DNA of 64,000 bases from assembly GCF_009914755.1 (NCBI RefSeq), contig NC_060948.1; one strand, given 5' to 3'. This DNA is from the human T2T-CHM13v2.0 reference genome, Homo sapiens. The first letter of the stretch is position 1; every line of letters starts with the position of its first letter. A model generated the notes under the pieces. That model had not been told where the DNA came from. It worked only from the letters and a program-made list of their open reading frames with translations, and did not search any database. Shown piece after piece: positions 13,701 to 28,451 of the stretch. The translations under genes were made by a program, and so were the position numbers.

Positions 13701-14245
13701 AAAAGGAATGTAATGGAATGGATTGGACTGGAATGCAATGGACTCGAATAGATTGGAAACGGAATGCAAAGGAATGGAATGGAATAGTATGGAATGGAAT
13801 GGAAAGGAATGGAGTGGAATAGACTAGAGTGGAATGGAATGGACTGGAAAGCAATAGACTGGAATGGAACTTTCTTGAATGGACTGGAATCAAACGGAAT
13901 GGAATGCAATGCAATCAAATGGCATGGAATAAAATAGAATGAAAGAGAATCAAATGGAATTGAATCGAATGGAATCGAATGGATTGGAAAGGAATAGAAT
14001 GGAATGGAATGGAATTGACTCAAATGGAATGGACTAGAATGGAATGGATTCGAATGGAAGGCAAAGGAATGGAATCTATTGGAATGGACTGTAATGGAAT
14101 GGAATGGAAGGGATTGGAATGGACTCGAATGGAATGGACTGCAATAGAAAGGATTCGAATGGAATGAAAAAGAATTGAATGGAATAGAACAGAATGGAAT
14201 CAAATCGAATGAAATGGAGTGGAATAGAAAGGAATGGAATGAAAT
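10707..14245 (+). repeat. DYZ1 unit U4 (3539 bp)
   Basis: Anchor spacing 10901->14440; 15-bp deletion near 11305. Confidence 0.93.
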
Positions 14246-17200
14246 GGAATGGAAAGGATTCGAATGGAATGCAATCGAATGGAATGGAATCGAACGGAAT
14301 GGAATAAAATGGAAGAAAACTGGCAAGAAATGGAATCGAAATGAATGGAGTGTTATGGAACGGACTCAAAAGGAATTGAATGTAATAGAATGGAGTGGAG
14401 TGGACTCGAATATAATGGACTGGAATGGAATGAAATCACATGGAATGGGAACGAATGGAATGGAATGGAAAGGAATGGAATCGAATGGAAAGGAATCGAA
14501 TGGAAGGGAATGAAATTGAATCAACAGGAATGGAAGGGAATAGAATAGACGGTAATGGAATGGACTCGAATAGAATGGACACGAATGCTCAAATTGAATG
14601 GACTCGAATGGAATGGAAACGAAAGGAATGTCATCGAATGGAATTGAATCGATTGGAATGAAATCGCATAGAATGGAGTGGAATCAAATGGAATTGAATC
14701 GAAAGGAAAGGAAGCGAATGGACTGAAATGAAATGGAATGGAATTGAATGGAAAGTAATGCAATGGAATAGAATGGAACGAAATTTCACGGAATGGAATC
14801 AAACTGAATGGAATCAAATCAATGGAATCAAATCAAATGGAATGGAAAGGAATTGAATGGAGTAGATTGGATTGGATGGGATTGGAATGAAATGTACTGG
14901 AAAGGACTCGAATTTCATGAAACGGAATGGAATGAATTGGAACGGAATGGACTCGAATGGAATGGAATGTCATGGAATGGCATCAAATGGAATGGCATCA
15001 AATGGAATGGAATCGAATGCAATGGAATGCTATGGAATGGAATGGAATGCATTGGAATGGAATGTCCTCTAATGGAATGGATTCGAGTGGAATGGAATCG
15101 AATATAATGGAGTCGAATGAAATGGAATTGAAAAGAATGGGATCGAATACAATGGAATATACTGGAATGTAATGTAATGAACTCGAATGTAATTGACTGG
15201 AATGGAATGTACATGAATGGAATGTAATCGAATGGAAAGTAATCCAATGGAATAGAAACTAATGCAATAAAATCGACTCAAATAGAGTAGAATGTAATGG
15301 AATGGAGTGCAGTGCAATGGAATGGAATGGAATGGAATGCAATGGAATGGAATGGAATGTTATGGAATGGAATGGAATGGATTGGAATGGGATGGAATGG
15401 TATGGAATGGATAGTAATGGACTGGAGTGAAATGGACTGGAAAGGAATGGACTCAAATTGAAAGGGCTCGAAAGGAATGGAGTCAAATGGAATAGTCTGG
15501 AATGGAATGAACACGAATGTAATGCAATCCAATAGAATGTAATCGAATGGCATGGAATATAAAGAAATGGAATCGAAGAGAATGGAAACAAATGGAATGG
15601 AATTGAATGGAATGGAATTGAATGGAATGGGAACGAATGGAGTGAAATTGTATGCAGTAGAAGAGAATAGAATGGAATGCAAGCGAAAGGAAAGGAATGG
15701 ATTGGAATGGAATGGAATTCATTGGAATGGAAGGGAATGTAGTGTAATGGACAGGCCTGGAATAAAGTGGAATGCTACGGTCTCGAATGGAATAAAAATG
15801 TATGGAATGGAATGCAATGAAAGGGAATCGAATGTCATAGAATGTAATGGAATGCAACAAAATGGAATCCAAAATCATTGACTGGAAAGGCTGGGTGTCG
15901 AAAGGAATTGACTCCAATGGAATGGAATCGAATGGAATGGAAGTGAATAGAATCGAACTAAATCGAATGGAATGGAATTGATAGGAACGGAATGGAGAGG
16001 AATGCAATGATTTGGCATGGAATGCAATCGAATGGCATCGAATGGAATGGAATGGAATGCAATGGAATGGAATGTATTAGAATGTAATGAACTTTAATGG
16101 AATGTACTCGAATGGATTCGACTGGAATGGAATGTTCTGGAAGTGAATGGACTCCAATGGAATGGATTCAAAAGGAATGGAATCGTACGGAATGGAATCT
16201 AATGGAATGGAATTAAATGGAAATGAATCAAATTGAATAGCACGGAATTGAATTGAATGGAATGGAATGCAATGGAATCTAATGAAACGGAAAGGAAAGG
16301 AATGGAATGGAATGGAATGGGCTGGAATGGAAAGGAATCGAAACGAATGGAATGGAATCGAACTGAAGAGACTGGAATGGAATGCACTGGAATGGAAGGG
16401 AGTGTAATGGAAGGTTCTCGAAAAAAATGGAATCGAATGGAATGGAATTGAATGGAACGGAATAGAGTCGAATGGAATTGAATGGAATGGAATGGACTAG
16501 AGTGAAATGGAATCGAACCACAAGGAATGGACAGGAATAGAATGGTCTCGAATTGAATGGAATCGTATGGAATGGCATCAAACGGAATGGAATGGACAGC
16601 CACGGAATGGAATGCACTCGAATGCAATGGAGTCGAAACTAATGGACTGGAATAGAATGGACTCGACTGGTACGGACTCCAATGGAATGGAATCGAATGG
16701 AAGGGAATCGAACGGAATGGACTCGAAGGGAAAAGACTGCAATGGAAAGGTCTCGAATGGAATGGAAATTAATGGAATGGAATGGAATCGAATGAAATGG
16801 AGTCAAAAGGAATGGAATCGAATGGCAAGAAATCGAATGTAATGGAATCGCAAGGAATTGATGTGAACGGAACGGAATGGAATGGAATCCAAAGGAATGG
16901 AATAGAATGGAATGGAATCGAATGGAAAGGACTCGAATGGAAATCACTCGAATAGAATGCAATTTAATAAAATAGGATCAAATGTAATGGAATGGAATGG
17001 AAAGGAATCGAAACGAAAGGAATGGAGACAGATGGAATGGAATGGAACAGAGAGCAATGGTATAGAATGGAATGGAATCATCTGGAATGGAATTGAATGG
17101 AATGGAATAATATGAAATGGAATGGAATGGAATGGAATGGAATGGAATGCCCTTGAATTAAATGGACTGTAATGGAATGGACTCGAACAGAGTGGAATGG

Positions 17201-17819
17201 AAAGTGTTGAGATAGAATGGAATGGACTCGTTTGGAATGGTCTAGTATGCAATGCAATCGACTGGCAGGGAATCAAAAGGAATGTAATGGAATGGATTGG
17301 ACTGGAATGCAATGGACTCGAATAGATTGGAAACGGAATGCAAAGGAATGGAATGGAATAGTATGGAATGTAATGGAAAGGAATGGAGTGGAATAGACTA
17401 GAGTGGAATGGAATGGACTGGAAAGCAATAGACTGGAATGGAACTTTCTTGAATGGACTGGAATCAAACGGAATGGAATGCAATGCAATCAAATGGCATG
17501 GAATAAAATAGAATGAAAGAGAATCAAATGGAATTGAATCGAATGGAATCGAATGGATTGGAAAGGAATAGAATGGAATGGAATGGAATTGACTCAAATG
17601 GAATGGACTAGAATGGAATGGACTCGAATGGAAGGCAAAGGAATGGAATCTATTGGAATGGACTGTAATGGAATGGAATGGAAGGGATTGGAATGGACTC
17701 GAATGGAATGGACTGCAATAGAAAGGATTCGAATGGAATGAAAAAGAATTGAATGGAATAGAACAGAATGGAATCAAATCGAATGAAATGGAGTGGAATA
17801 GAAAGGAATGGAATGAAAT
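14246..17819 (+). repeat. DYZ1 unit U5 (3574 bp)
   Basis: Anchor spacing 14440->18014. Confidence 0.93.
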
Positions 17820-20800
17820 GGAATGGAAAGGATTCGAATGGAATGCAATCGAATGGAATGGAATCGAACGGAATGGAATAAAATGGAAGAAAACTGGCAA
17901 GAAATGGAATCGAAATGAATGGAGTGTTATGGAACGGACTCAAAAGGAATTGAATGTAATAGAATGGAGTGGAGTGGACTCGAATATAATGGACTGGAAT
18001 GGAATGAAATCACATGGAATGGGAACGAATGGAATGGAATGGAAAGGAATGGAATCGAATGGAAAGGAATCGAATGGAAGGGAATGAAATTGAATCAACA
18101 GGAATGGAAGGGAATAGAATAGACGGTAATGGAATGGACTCGAATAGAATGGACACGAATGCTCAAATTGAATGGACTCGAATGGAATGGAAACGAAAGG
18201 AGTGTCATCGAATGGAATTGAATCGATTGGAATGAAATCGCATAGAATGGAGTGGAATCAAATGGAATTGAATCGAAAGGAAAGGAAGCGAATGGACTGA
18301 AATGAAATGGAATGGAATTGAATGGAAAGTAATGCAATGGAATAGAATGGAACGAAATTTCACGGAATGGAATCAAACTGAATGGAATCAAATCAATGGA
18401 ATCAAATCAAATGGAATGGAAAGGAATTGAATGGAGTAGATTGGATTGGATGGGATTGGAATGAAATGTACTGGAAAGGACTCGAATTTCATGAAACGGA
18501 ATGGAATGAATTGGAACGGAATGGACTCGAATGGAATGGAATGTCATGGAATGGCATCAAATGGAATGGCATCAAATGGAATGGAATCGAATGCAATGGA
18601 ATGCTATGGAATGGAATGGAATGCATTGGAATGGAATGTCCTCTAATGGAATGGATTCGAGTGGAATGGAATCGAATATAATGGAGTCGAATGAAATGGA
18701 ATTGAAAAGAATGGGATCGAATACAATGGAATATACTGGAATGTAATGTAATGAACTCGAATGTAATTGACTGGAATGGAATGTACATGAATGGAATGTA
18801 ATCGAATGGAAAGTAATCCAATGGAATAGAAACTAATGCAATAAAATCGACTCAAATAGAGTAGAATGTAATGGAATGGAGTGCAGTGCAATGGAATGGA
18901 ATGGAATGGAATGCAATGGAATGGAATGGAATGTTATGGAATGGAATGGAATGGATTGGAATGGGATGGAATGGTATGGAATGGATAGTAATGGACTGGA
19001 GTGAAATGGACTGGAAAGGAATGGACTCAAATTGAAAGGGCTCGAAAGGAATGGAGTCAAATGGAATAGTCTGGAATGGAATGAACACGAATGTAATGCA
19101 ATCCAATAGAATGTAATCGAATGGCATGGAATATAAAGAAATGGAATCGAAGAGAATGGAAACAAATGGAATGGAATTGAATGGAATGGAATTGAATGGA
19201 ATGGGAACGAATGGAGTGAAATTGTATGCAGTAGAAGAGAATAGAATGGAATGCAAGCGAAAGGAAAGGAATGGATTGGAATGGAATGGAATTCATTGGA
19301 ATGGAAGGGAATGTAGTGTAATGGACAGGCCTGGAATAAAGTGGAATGCTACGGTCTCGAATGGAATAAAAATGTATGGAATGGAATGCAATGAAACGGA
19401 ATCGAATGTCATAGAATGTAATGGAATGCAAAAAAATGGAATCCAAAATCATTGACTGGAAAGGCTGGGTGTCGAAAGGAATTGACTCCAATGGAATGGA
19501 ATCAAATGGAATGGAAGTGAATAGAATCGAACTAAATCGAATGGAATGGAATTGATAGGAACGGAATGGAGAGGAATGCAATGATTTGGCATGGAATGCA
19601 ATCGAATGGCATCGAATGGAATGGAATGGAATGCAATGGAATGGAATGTATTAGAATGTAATGAACTTTAATGGAATGTACTCGAATGGATTCGACTGGA
19701 ATGGAATGTTCTGGAAGTGAATGGACTCCAATGGAATGGATTCAAAAGGAATGGAATCGTACGGAATGGAATCTAATGGAATGGAATTAAATGGAAATGA
19801 ATCAAATTGAATAGCACGGAATTGAATTGAATGGAATGGAATGCAATGGAATCTAATGAAACGGAAAGGAAAGGAATGGAATGGAATGGAATGGGCTGGA
19901 ATGGAAAGGAATCGAAACGAATGGAATGGAATCGAACTGAAGAGACTGGAATGGAATGCACTGGAATGGAAGGGAGTGTAATGGAAGGTTCTCGAAAAAA
20001 ATGGAATCGAATGGAATGGAATTGAATGGAACGGAATAGAGTCGAATGGAATTGAATGGAATGGAATGGACTAGAGTGAAATGGAATCGAACCACAAGGA
20101 ATGGACAGGAATAGAATGGTCTCGAATTGAATGGAATCGTATGGAATGGCATCAAACGGAATGGAATGGACAGCCACGGAATGGAATGCACTCGAATGCA
20201 ATGGAGTCGAAACTAATGGACTGGAATAGAATGGACTCGACTGGTACGGACTCCAATGGAATGGAATCGAATGGAAGGGAATCGAACGGAATGGACTCGA
20301 AGGGAAAAGACTGCAATGGAAAGGTCTCGAATGGAATGGAAATTAATGGAATGGAATGGAATCGAATGAAATGGAGTCAAAAGGAATGGAATCGAATGGC
20401 AAGAAATCGAATGTAATGGAATCGCAAGGAATTGATGTGAACGGAACGGAATGGAATGGAATCCAAAGGAATGGAATAGAATGGAATGGAATCGAATGGA
20501 AAGGACTCGAATGGAAATCACTCGAATAGAATGCAATTTAATAAAATAGGATCAAATGTAATGGAATGGAATGGAAAGGAATCGAAACGAAAGGAATGGA
20601 GACAGATGGAATGGAATGGAACAGAGAGCAATGGTATAGAATGGAATGGAATCATCTGGAATGGAATTGAATGGAATGGAATAATATGAAATGGAATGGA
20701 ATGGAATGCCCTTGAATTAAATGGACTGTAATGGACTGGACTCGAACAGAGTGGAATGGAAAGTGTTGAGATAGAATGGAATGGACTCGTTTGGAATGGT

Positions 20801-21378
20801 CTAGTATGCAATGCAATCGACTGGCAGGGAATCAAAAGGAATGTAATGGAATGGATTGGACTGGAATGCAATGGACTCGAATAGATTGGAAACGGAATGC
20901 AAAGGAATGGAATGGAATAGTATGGAATGGAATGGAAAGGAATGGAGTGGAATAGACTAGAGTGGAATGGAATGGACTGGAAAGCAATAGACTGGAATGG
21001 AACTTTCTTGAATGGACTGGAATCAAACGGAATGGAATGCAATGCAATCAAATGGCATGGAATAAAATAGAATGAAAGAGAATCAAATGGAATTGAATCG
21101 AATGGAATCGAATGGATTGGAAAGGAATAGAATGGAATGGAATGGAATTGACTCAAATGGAATGGACTAGAATGGAATGGATTCGAATGGAAGGCAAAGG
21201 AATGGAATCTATTGGAATGGACTGTAATGGAATGGAATGGAAGGGATTGGAATGGACTCGAATGGAATGGACTGCAATAGAAAGGATTCGAATGGAATGA
21301 AAAAGAATTGAATGGAATAGAACAGAATGGAATCAAATCGAATGAAATGGAGTGGAATAGAAAGGAATGGAATGAAAT
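17820..21378 (+). repeat. DYZ1 unit U6 (3559 bp)
   Basis: Anchor spacing 18014->21573; near-identical to U10. Confidence 0.93.
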
Positions 21379-24300
21379 GGAATGGAAAGGATTCGAATGG
21401 AATGCAATCGAATGGAATGGAATCGAACGGAATGGAATAAAATGGAAGAAAACTGGCAAGAAATGGAATCGAAATGAATGGAGTGTTATGGAACGGACTC
21501 AAAAGGAATTGAATGTAATAGAATGGAGTGGAGTGGACTCGAATATAATGGACTGGAATGGAATGAAATCACATGGAATGGGAACGAATGGAATGGAATG
21601 GAAAGGAATGGAATCGAATGGAAAGGAATCGAATGGAAGGGAATGAAATTGAATCAACAGGAATGGAAGGGAATAGAATAGACGGTAATGGAATGGACTC
21701 GAATAGAATGGACACGAATGCTCAAATTGAATGGACTCGAATGGAATGGAAACGAAAGGAATGTCATCGAATGGAATTGAATCGATTGGAATGAAATCGC
21801 ATAGAATGGAGTGGAATCAAATGGAATTGAATCGAAAGGAAAGGAAGCGAATGGACTGAAATGAAATGGAATGGAATTGAATGGAAAGTAATGCAATGGA
21901 ATAGAATGGAACGAAATTTCACGGAATGGAATCAAACTGAATGGAATCAAACCAATGGAATCAAATCAAATGGAATGGAAAGGAATTGAATGGAGTAGAT
22001 TGGATTGGATGGGATTGGAATGAAATGTACTGGAAAGGACTCGAATTTCATGAAACGGAATGGAATGAATTGGAACGGAACGGACTCGAATGGAATGGAA
22101 TGTCATGGAATGGCATCAAATGGAATGGCATCAAATGGAATGGAATCGAATGCAATGGAATGCTATGGAATGGAATGGAATGCATTTTAATGGAATGTCC
22201 TCTAATGGAATGGATTCGAGTGGAATGGAATCGAATATAATGGAGTCGAATGAAATGGAATTGAAAGGAATGGGATCGAATACAATGGAATATACTGGAA
22301 TGTAATGTAATGAACTCGAATGTAATTGACTGGAATGGAATGTACATGAATGGAATGTAATCGAATGGAAAGTAATCCAATGGAATAGAATCTAATGCAA
22401 TAAAATCGACTCAGATAGAGTAGAATGTAATGGAATGGAGTGCAGTGCAATGGAATGGAATGGAATGGAATGGAATGGAATGGAATGGAATGGAATGGTG
22501 TGGAATGGATAGTAATGGACTGGAGTGAAATGGACTGGAAAGGAATGGACTCAAATTGAATGGGCTCGAAAGGAATGGAGTCAAATGGAATGGTCTGGAA
22601 TGGAATGAACACGAATGTAATGCAATCCAATAGAATGGAATCGAATGGCATGGAATATAAAGAAATGGAATCGAAGAGAATGGAAACAAATGGAATGGAA
22701 TTGAGTGGAATGGAATTGAATGGAATGGGAACCAATGGAGTGAAATTGTATGCAGTAGAAGAGAATAGAATGGAATGCAAGCGAAAGGAAAGGAATGGAT
22801 TGGAATGGAATGGAATTCATTGGAATGGAAGGGAATGTAGTGTAATGGACAGGCCTGGAATAAAGTGGAATGCTACGGTCTCTAATGGAATAAAAATGTA
22901 TGGAATGGAATGCAATGAAACGGAATCGAATGTCATAGAATGTAATGGAATGCAAAAAAATGGAATCCAAAATCATTGACTGGAAAGGCTGGGTGTCGAA
23001 AGGAATTGACTCCAATGGAATGGAATCGAATGGAATGGAAGTGAATAGAATCGAACTAAATCGAATGGAATGGAATTGATAGGAACGGAATGGAAAGGAA
23101 TGCAATCATTTGGCATGGAATGGAATCGAATGGCATCGAATGGAATGGAATGGAATGCAATGGAATGGAATGTATTAGAATGTAATGAACTTTAATGGAA
23201 TGTACTCGAATGGATTCGACTGGAATGGAATGTTCTGGAAGTGAATGGACTCCAATGGAATGGATTCAAAAGGAATGGAATCGTACGGAATGGAATCTAA
23301 TGGAATGGAATTAAATGGAAATGAATCAAATTGAATAGCACGGAATTGAATTGAATGGAATGGAATGCAATGGAATCTAATGAAACGGAAAGGAAAGGAA
23401 TGGAATGGAATGGAATGGGCTGGAATGGAAAGGAATCGAAACGAATGGAATGGAATCGAACTGAAGAGACTGGAATGGAATGCACTGGAATGGAAGGGAG
23501 TGTAATGGAAGGTTCTCGGAAAAAATGGAATGGAATGGAATGGAATTGAATGGAACGGAATAGAGTCGAATGGAATTGAATGGAATGGAATGGACTAGAG
23601 TGAATTGGAATCGAACCACAAGGAATGGACAGGAATAGAATGGTCTCGAATTGAATGGAATCGTATGGAATGGCATCAAACGGAATGGAATGGACAGCCA
23701 CGGAATGGAATGCACTCGAATGCAATGGAGTCGAAACTAATGGACTGGAATAGAATGGACTCGACTGGTACGGACTCCAATGGAATGGAATCGAATGGAA
23801 GGGAATCGAACGGAATGGAATCGGAGGGAAAAGACTGCAATGGAAAGGTCTCAAATGGAATGGAAATTAATGGAATGGAATGGAATCGAATGAAATGGAG
23901 TCAAAAGCAATGGAATCGAATGGCAAGAAATCGAATGTAATGGAATCGCAAGGAATTGATGTGAACGGAACGGAATGGAATGGAATCCAAAGGAATGGAA
24001 TAGAATGGAATGGAATCGAATGGAAAGGACTCGAATGGAAATCACTCGAATAGAATGCAATTTAATAAAATAGGATCAAATGTAATGGAATGGAATGGAA
24101 AGGAATCGAAACGAAAGGAATGGAGACAGATGGAATGGAATGGAACAGAGAGCAATGGTATAGAATGGAATGGAATCATCTGGAATGGAATTGAATGGAA
24201 TGGAATAACATGAAATGGACTGGAATGGAATGGAATGCCCTTGAATTAAATGGACTGGAATGGAATGGACTCGAACAGAGTGGAATGGAAAGTGTTGAAA

Positions 24301-24907
24301 TAGAATGGAATGGACTGGTTTGGAATGGTCTAGTATGCAATGCAATCGACTGGCAGGGAATCAAAAGGAATGTAATCGAATGGATTGGACTGGAATGCAA
24401 TGGACTCGAATAGATTGGAAACGGAATGCAAAGGAATGGAATGGAATAGTATGGAATGGAATGGAAAGGAATGGAGTGGAATAGACTAGAGTGGAATGGA
24501 ATGGACTGGAAAGCAATGGACTGGAATGGAACTTTCTTGAATGGACTGGAATCAAACGGAATGGAATGCAATGCAATCAAATGGCATGGAATAAAATGGA
24601 ATGAAAGGGAATCAAATGGAATTGAATCGAATGGAATCGAATGGATTGGAAAGGAATAGAATGGAATGGAATGGAATTGACTCAAATGGAATGGACTAGA
24701 ATGGAATGGATTCGAATGGAAGGCAAAGGAATGGAATCTATTGGAATGGACTGTAATGGAATGGAATGGAAGGGATTGGAATGGACTCGAATGGAATGGA
24801 CTGCAATAGAAAGGATTCGAATGGAATGAAAAAGAATTGAATGGAATAGAACAGAATGGAATCAAATCGAATGAAATGGAATGGAATAGAAAGGAATGGA
24901 ATGAAAT
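21379..24907 (+). repeat. DYZ1 unit U7 (3529 bp)
   Basis: Anchor spacing 21573->25102; ORF set identical to U11. Confidence 0.93.
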
Positions 24908-27900
24908 GGAATGGAAAGGATTCGAATGGAATGCAATCGAATGGAATGGAATCGAACGGAATGGAATAAAATGGAAGAAAACTGGCAAGAAATGGAATCG
25001 AAATGAATGGAGTGTTATGGAACGGACTCAAAAGGAATTGAATGTAATAGAATGGAGTGGAGTGGACTCGAATATAATGGACTGGAATGGAATGAAATCA
25101 CATGGAATGGGAACGAATGGAATGGAATGGAAAGGAATGGAATCGAATGGAAAGGAATCGAATGGAAGGGAATGAAATTGAATCAACAGGAATGGAAGGG
25201 AATAGAATAGACGGTAATGGAATGGACTCGAATAGAATGGACACGAATGCTCAAATTGAATGGACTCGAATGGAATGGAAACGAAAGGAATGTCATCGAA
25301 TGGAATTGAATCGATTGGAATGAAATCGCATAGAATGGAGTGGAATCAAATGGAATTGAATCGAAAGGAAAGGAAGCGAATGGACTGAAATGAAATGGAA
25401 TGGAATTGAATGGAAAGTAATGCAATGGAATAGAATGGAACGAAATTTCACGGAATGGAATGAAACTGAATGGAATCAAATCAATGGAATCTAATCAAAT
25501 GGAATGGAAAGGAATTGAATGGAGTAGATTGGATTGGATGGGATTGGAATGAAATGTACTGGAAAGGACTCGAATTTCATGAAACGGAATGGAATGAATT
25601 GGAACGGAATGGACTCGAATGGAATGGAATGTCATGGAATGGCATCAAATGGAATGGCATCAAATGGAATGGAATCGAATGCAATGGAATGCTATGGAAT
25701 GGAATGGAATGCATTGGAATGGAATGTCCTCTAATGGAATGGATTCGAGTGGAATGGAATCGAATATAATGGAGTCGAATGAAATGGAATTGAAAAGAAT
25801 GGGATCGAATACAATGGAATATACTGGAATGTAACGTAATGAACTCGAATGTAATTGACTGGAATGGAATGTACATGAATGGAATGTAATCGAATGGAAA
25901 GTAATCCAATGGAATAGAAACTAATGCAATAAAATCGACTCAAATAGAGTAGAATGTAATGGAATGGAGTGCAGTGCAATGGAATGGAATGGAATGGAAT
26001 GCAATGGAATGGAATGGAATGGAATGGAATGGGATGGAATGGTTTGGAATGGATAGTAATGGACTGGTGTGAAATGGACTGGAAAGGAATGGACTCAAAT
26101 TGAAAGGGCTCGAAAGGAATGGAGTCAAATGGAATGGTCTGGAATGGAATGAACACGAATGTAATGCAATCCAATAGAATGGAATCGAATGGCATGGAAT
26201 ATAAAGAAATGGAATCGAAGAGAATGGAAACAAATGGAATGGAATTGAATGGAATGGAATTGAATGGAATGGGAAGGAATGGAGTGAAATTGTATGCAGT
26301 AGAAGAGAATAGAATGGAATGCAAGTGAAAGGAAAGGAATGGATTGGAATGGAATGGAATTCATTGGAATGGAAGGGAATGTAGTGTAATGGACAGGCCT
26401 GGAATAAAGTGGAATGCTACGGTCTCGAATGGAATAAAAATGTATGGAATGGAATGCAATGAAACGGAATCGAATGTCATAGAATGTAATGGAATGCAAC
26501 AAAATGGAATCCAAAATCATTGACTGGAAAGGCTGGGTGTCGAAAGGAATTGACTCCAATGGAATGGAATCGAATGGAATGGAAGTGAATAGAATCGAAC
26601 TAAATCGAATGGAATGGAATTGATAGGAACGGAATGGAAAGGAATGCAATGATTTGGCATGGAATGGAATCGAATGGCATCGAATGGAATGGAATGGAAT
26701 GCAATGGAATGGAATGTATTAGAATGTAATGAACTTCAATGGAATGTACTCGAATGGATTCGACTGGAATGGAATGTTCTGGAAGTGAATGGACTCCAAT
26801 GGAATGGATTCAAAAGGAATGGAATCGTACGGAATGGAATCTAATGGAATGGAATTAAATAGAAATGAATCAAATTGAATAGCACGGAATTGAATTGAAT
26901 GGAATGGAATGCAATGGAATCTAATGAAACGGAAAGGAAAGGAATGGAATGGAATGGAATGGGCTGGAATGGAAAGGAATCGAAACGAATGGAATGGAAT
27001 CGAACTGAAGAGACTGGAATGGAATGCACTGGAATGGAAGGGAGTGTAATGGAAGGTTCTCGAAAAAAATGGAATCGAATGGAATGGAATTGAATGGAAC
27101 GGAATAGAGTCGAATGGAATTGAATGGAATGGAATGGACTAGAGTGAAATGGAATCGAACCACAAGGAATGGACAGGAATAGAATGGTCTCGAATTGAAT
27201 GGAATCGTATGGAATGGCATCAAACGGAATGGAATGGACAGCCACGGAATGGAATGCACTCGAATGCAATGGAGTCGAAACTAATGGACTGGAATAGAAT
27301 GGACTCGACTGGTACGGACTCCAATGGAATGGAATCGAATGGAAGGGAATCGAACGGAATGGACTCGAAGGGAAAAGACTGCAATGGAAAGGTCTCGAAT
27401 GGAATGGAAATTAATGGAATGGAATGGAATCGAATGAAATGGAGTCAAAAGGAATGGAATCGAATGGCAAGAAATCGAATGTAATGGAATCGCAAGGAAT
27501 TGATGTGAACGGAACGGAATGGAATGGAATCCAAAGGAATGGAATAGAATGGAATGGAATCGAATGGAAAGGACTCGAATGGAAATCACTCGAATAGAAT
27601 GCAATTTAATAAAATAGGATCAAATGTAATGGAATGGAATGGAAAGGAATCGAAACGAAAGGAATGGAGACAGATGGAATGGAATGGAACAGAGAGCAAT
27701 GGTATAGAATGGAATGGAATCATCTGGAATGGAATTGAATGGAATGGAATAATATGAAATGGAATGGAATGGAATGGAATGCCCTTGAATTAAATGGACC
27801 GGAATGGAATGGACTCGAACAGAGTGGAATGGAAAGTGTTGAGATAGAATGGAATGGACTCGTTTGGAATGGTCTAGTAGGCAATGCAATCGACTGGCAG

Positions 27901-28451
27901 GGAATCAAAAGGAATGTAATGGAATGGATTGGACTGGAATGCAATGGACTCGAATAGATTGGAAACGGAATGCAAAGGAATGGAATGGAATAGTATGGAA
28001 TGGAATGGAAAGGAATGCAGTGGAATAGACTAGAGTGGAATGGAATGGACTGGAAAGCAATGGACTGGAATGGAACTTTCTTGAATGGACTGGAATCAAA
28101 CGGAATGGAATGCAATGCAATCAAATGGCATGGAATAAAATAGAATGAAAGAGAATCAAATGGAATTGAATCGAATGGAATCGAATGGATTGGAAAGGAA
28201 TAGAATGGAATGGAATGGAATTGACTCAAATGGAATGGACTAGAATGGAATGGATTCGAATGGAAGGCAAAGGAATGGAATCTATTGGAATGGACTGTAA
28301 TGGAATGGAATGGAAGGGATTGGAATGGACTCTAATGGAATGGACTGCAATAGAAAGGATTCGAATGGAATGAAAAAGAATTGAATGGAATAGAACAGAA
28401 TGGAATTAAATCGAATGAAATGGAATGGAATAGAAAGGAATGGAATGAAAT
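24908..28451 (+). repeat. DYZ1 unit U8 (3544 bp)
   Basis: Anchor spacing 25102->28646; ORF set identical to U12. Confidence 0.93.
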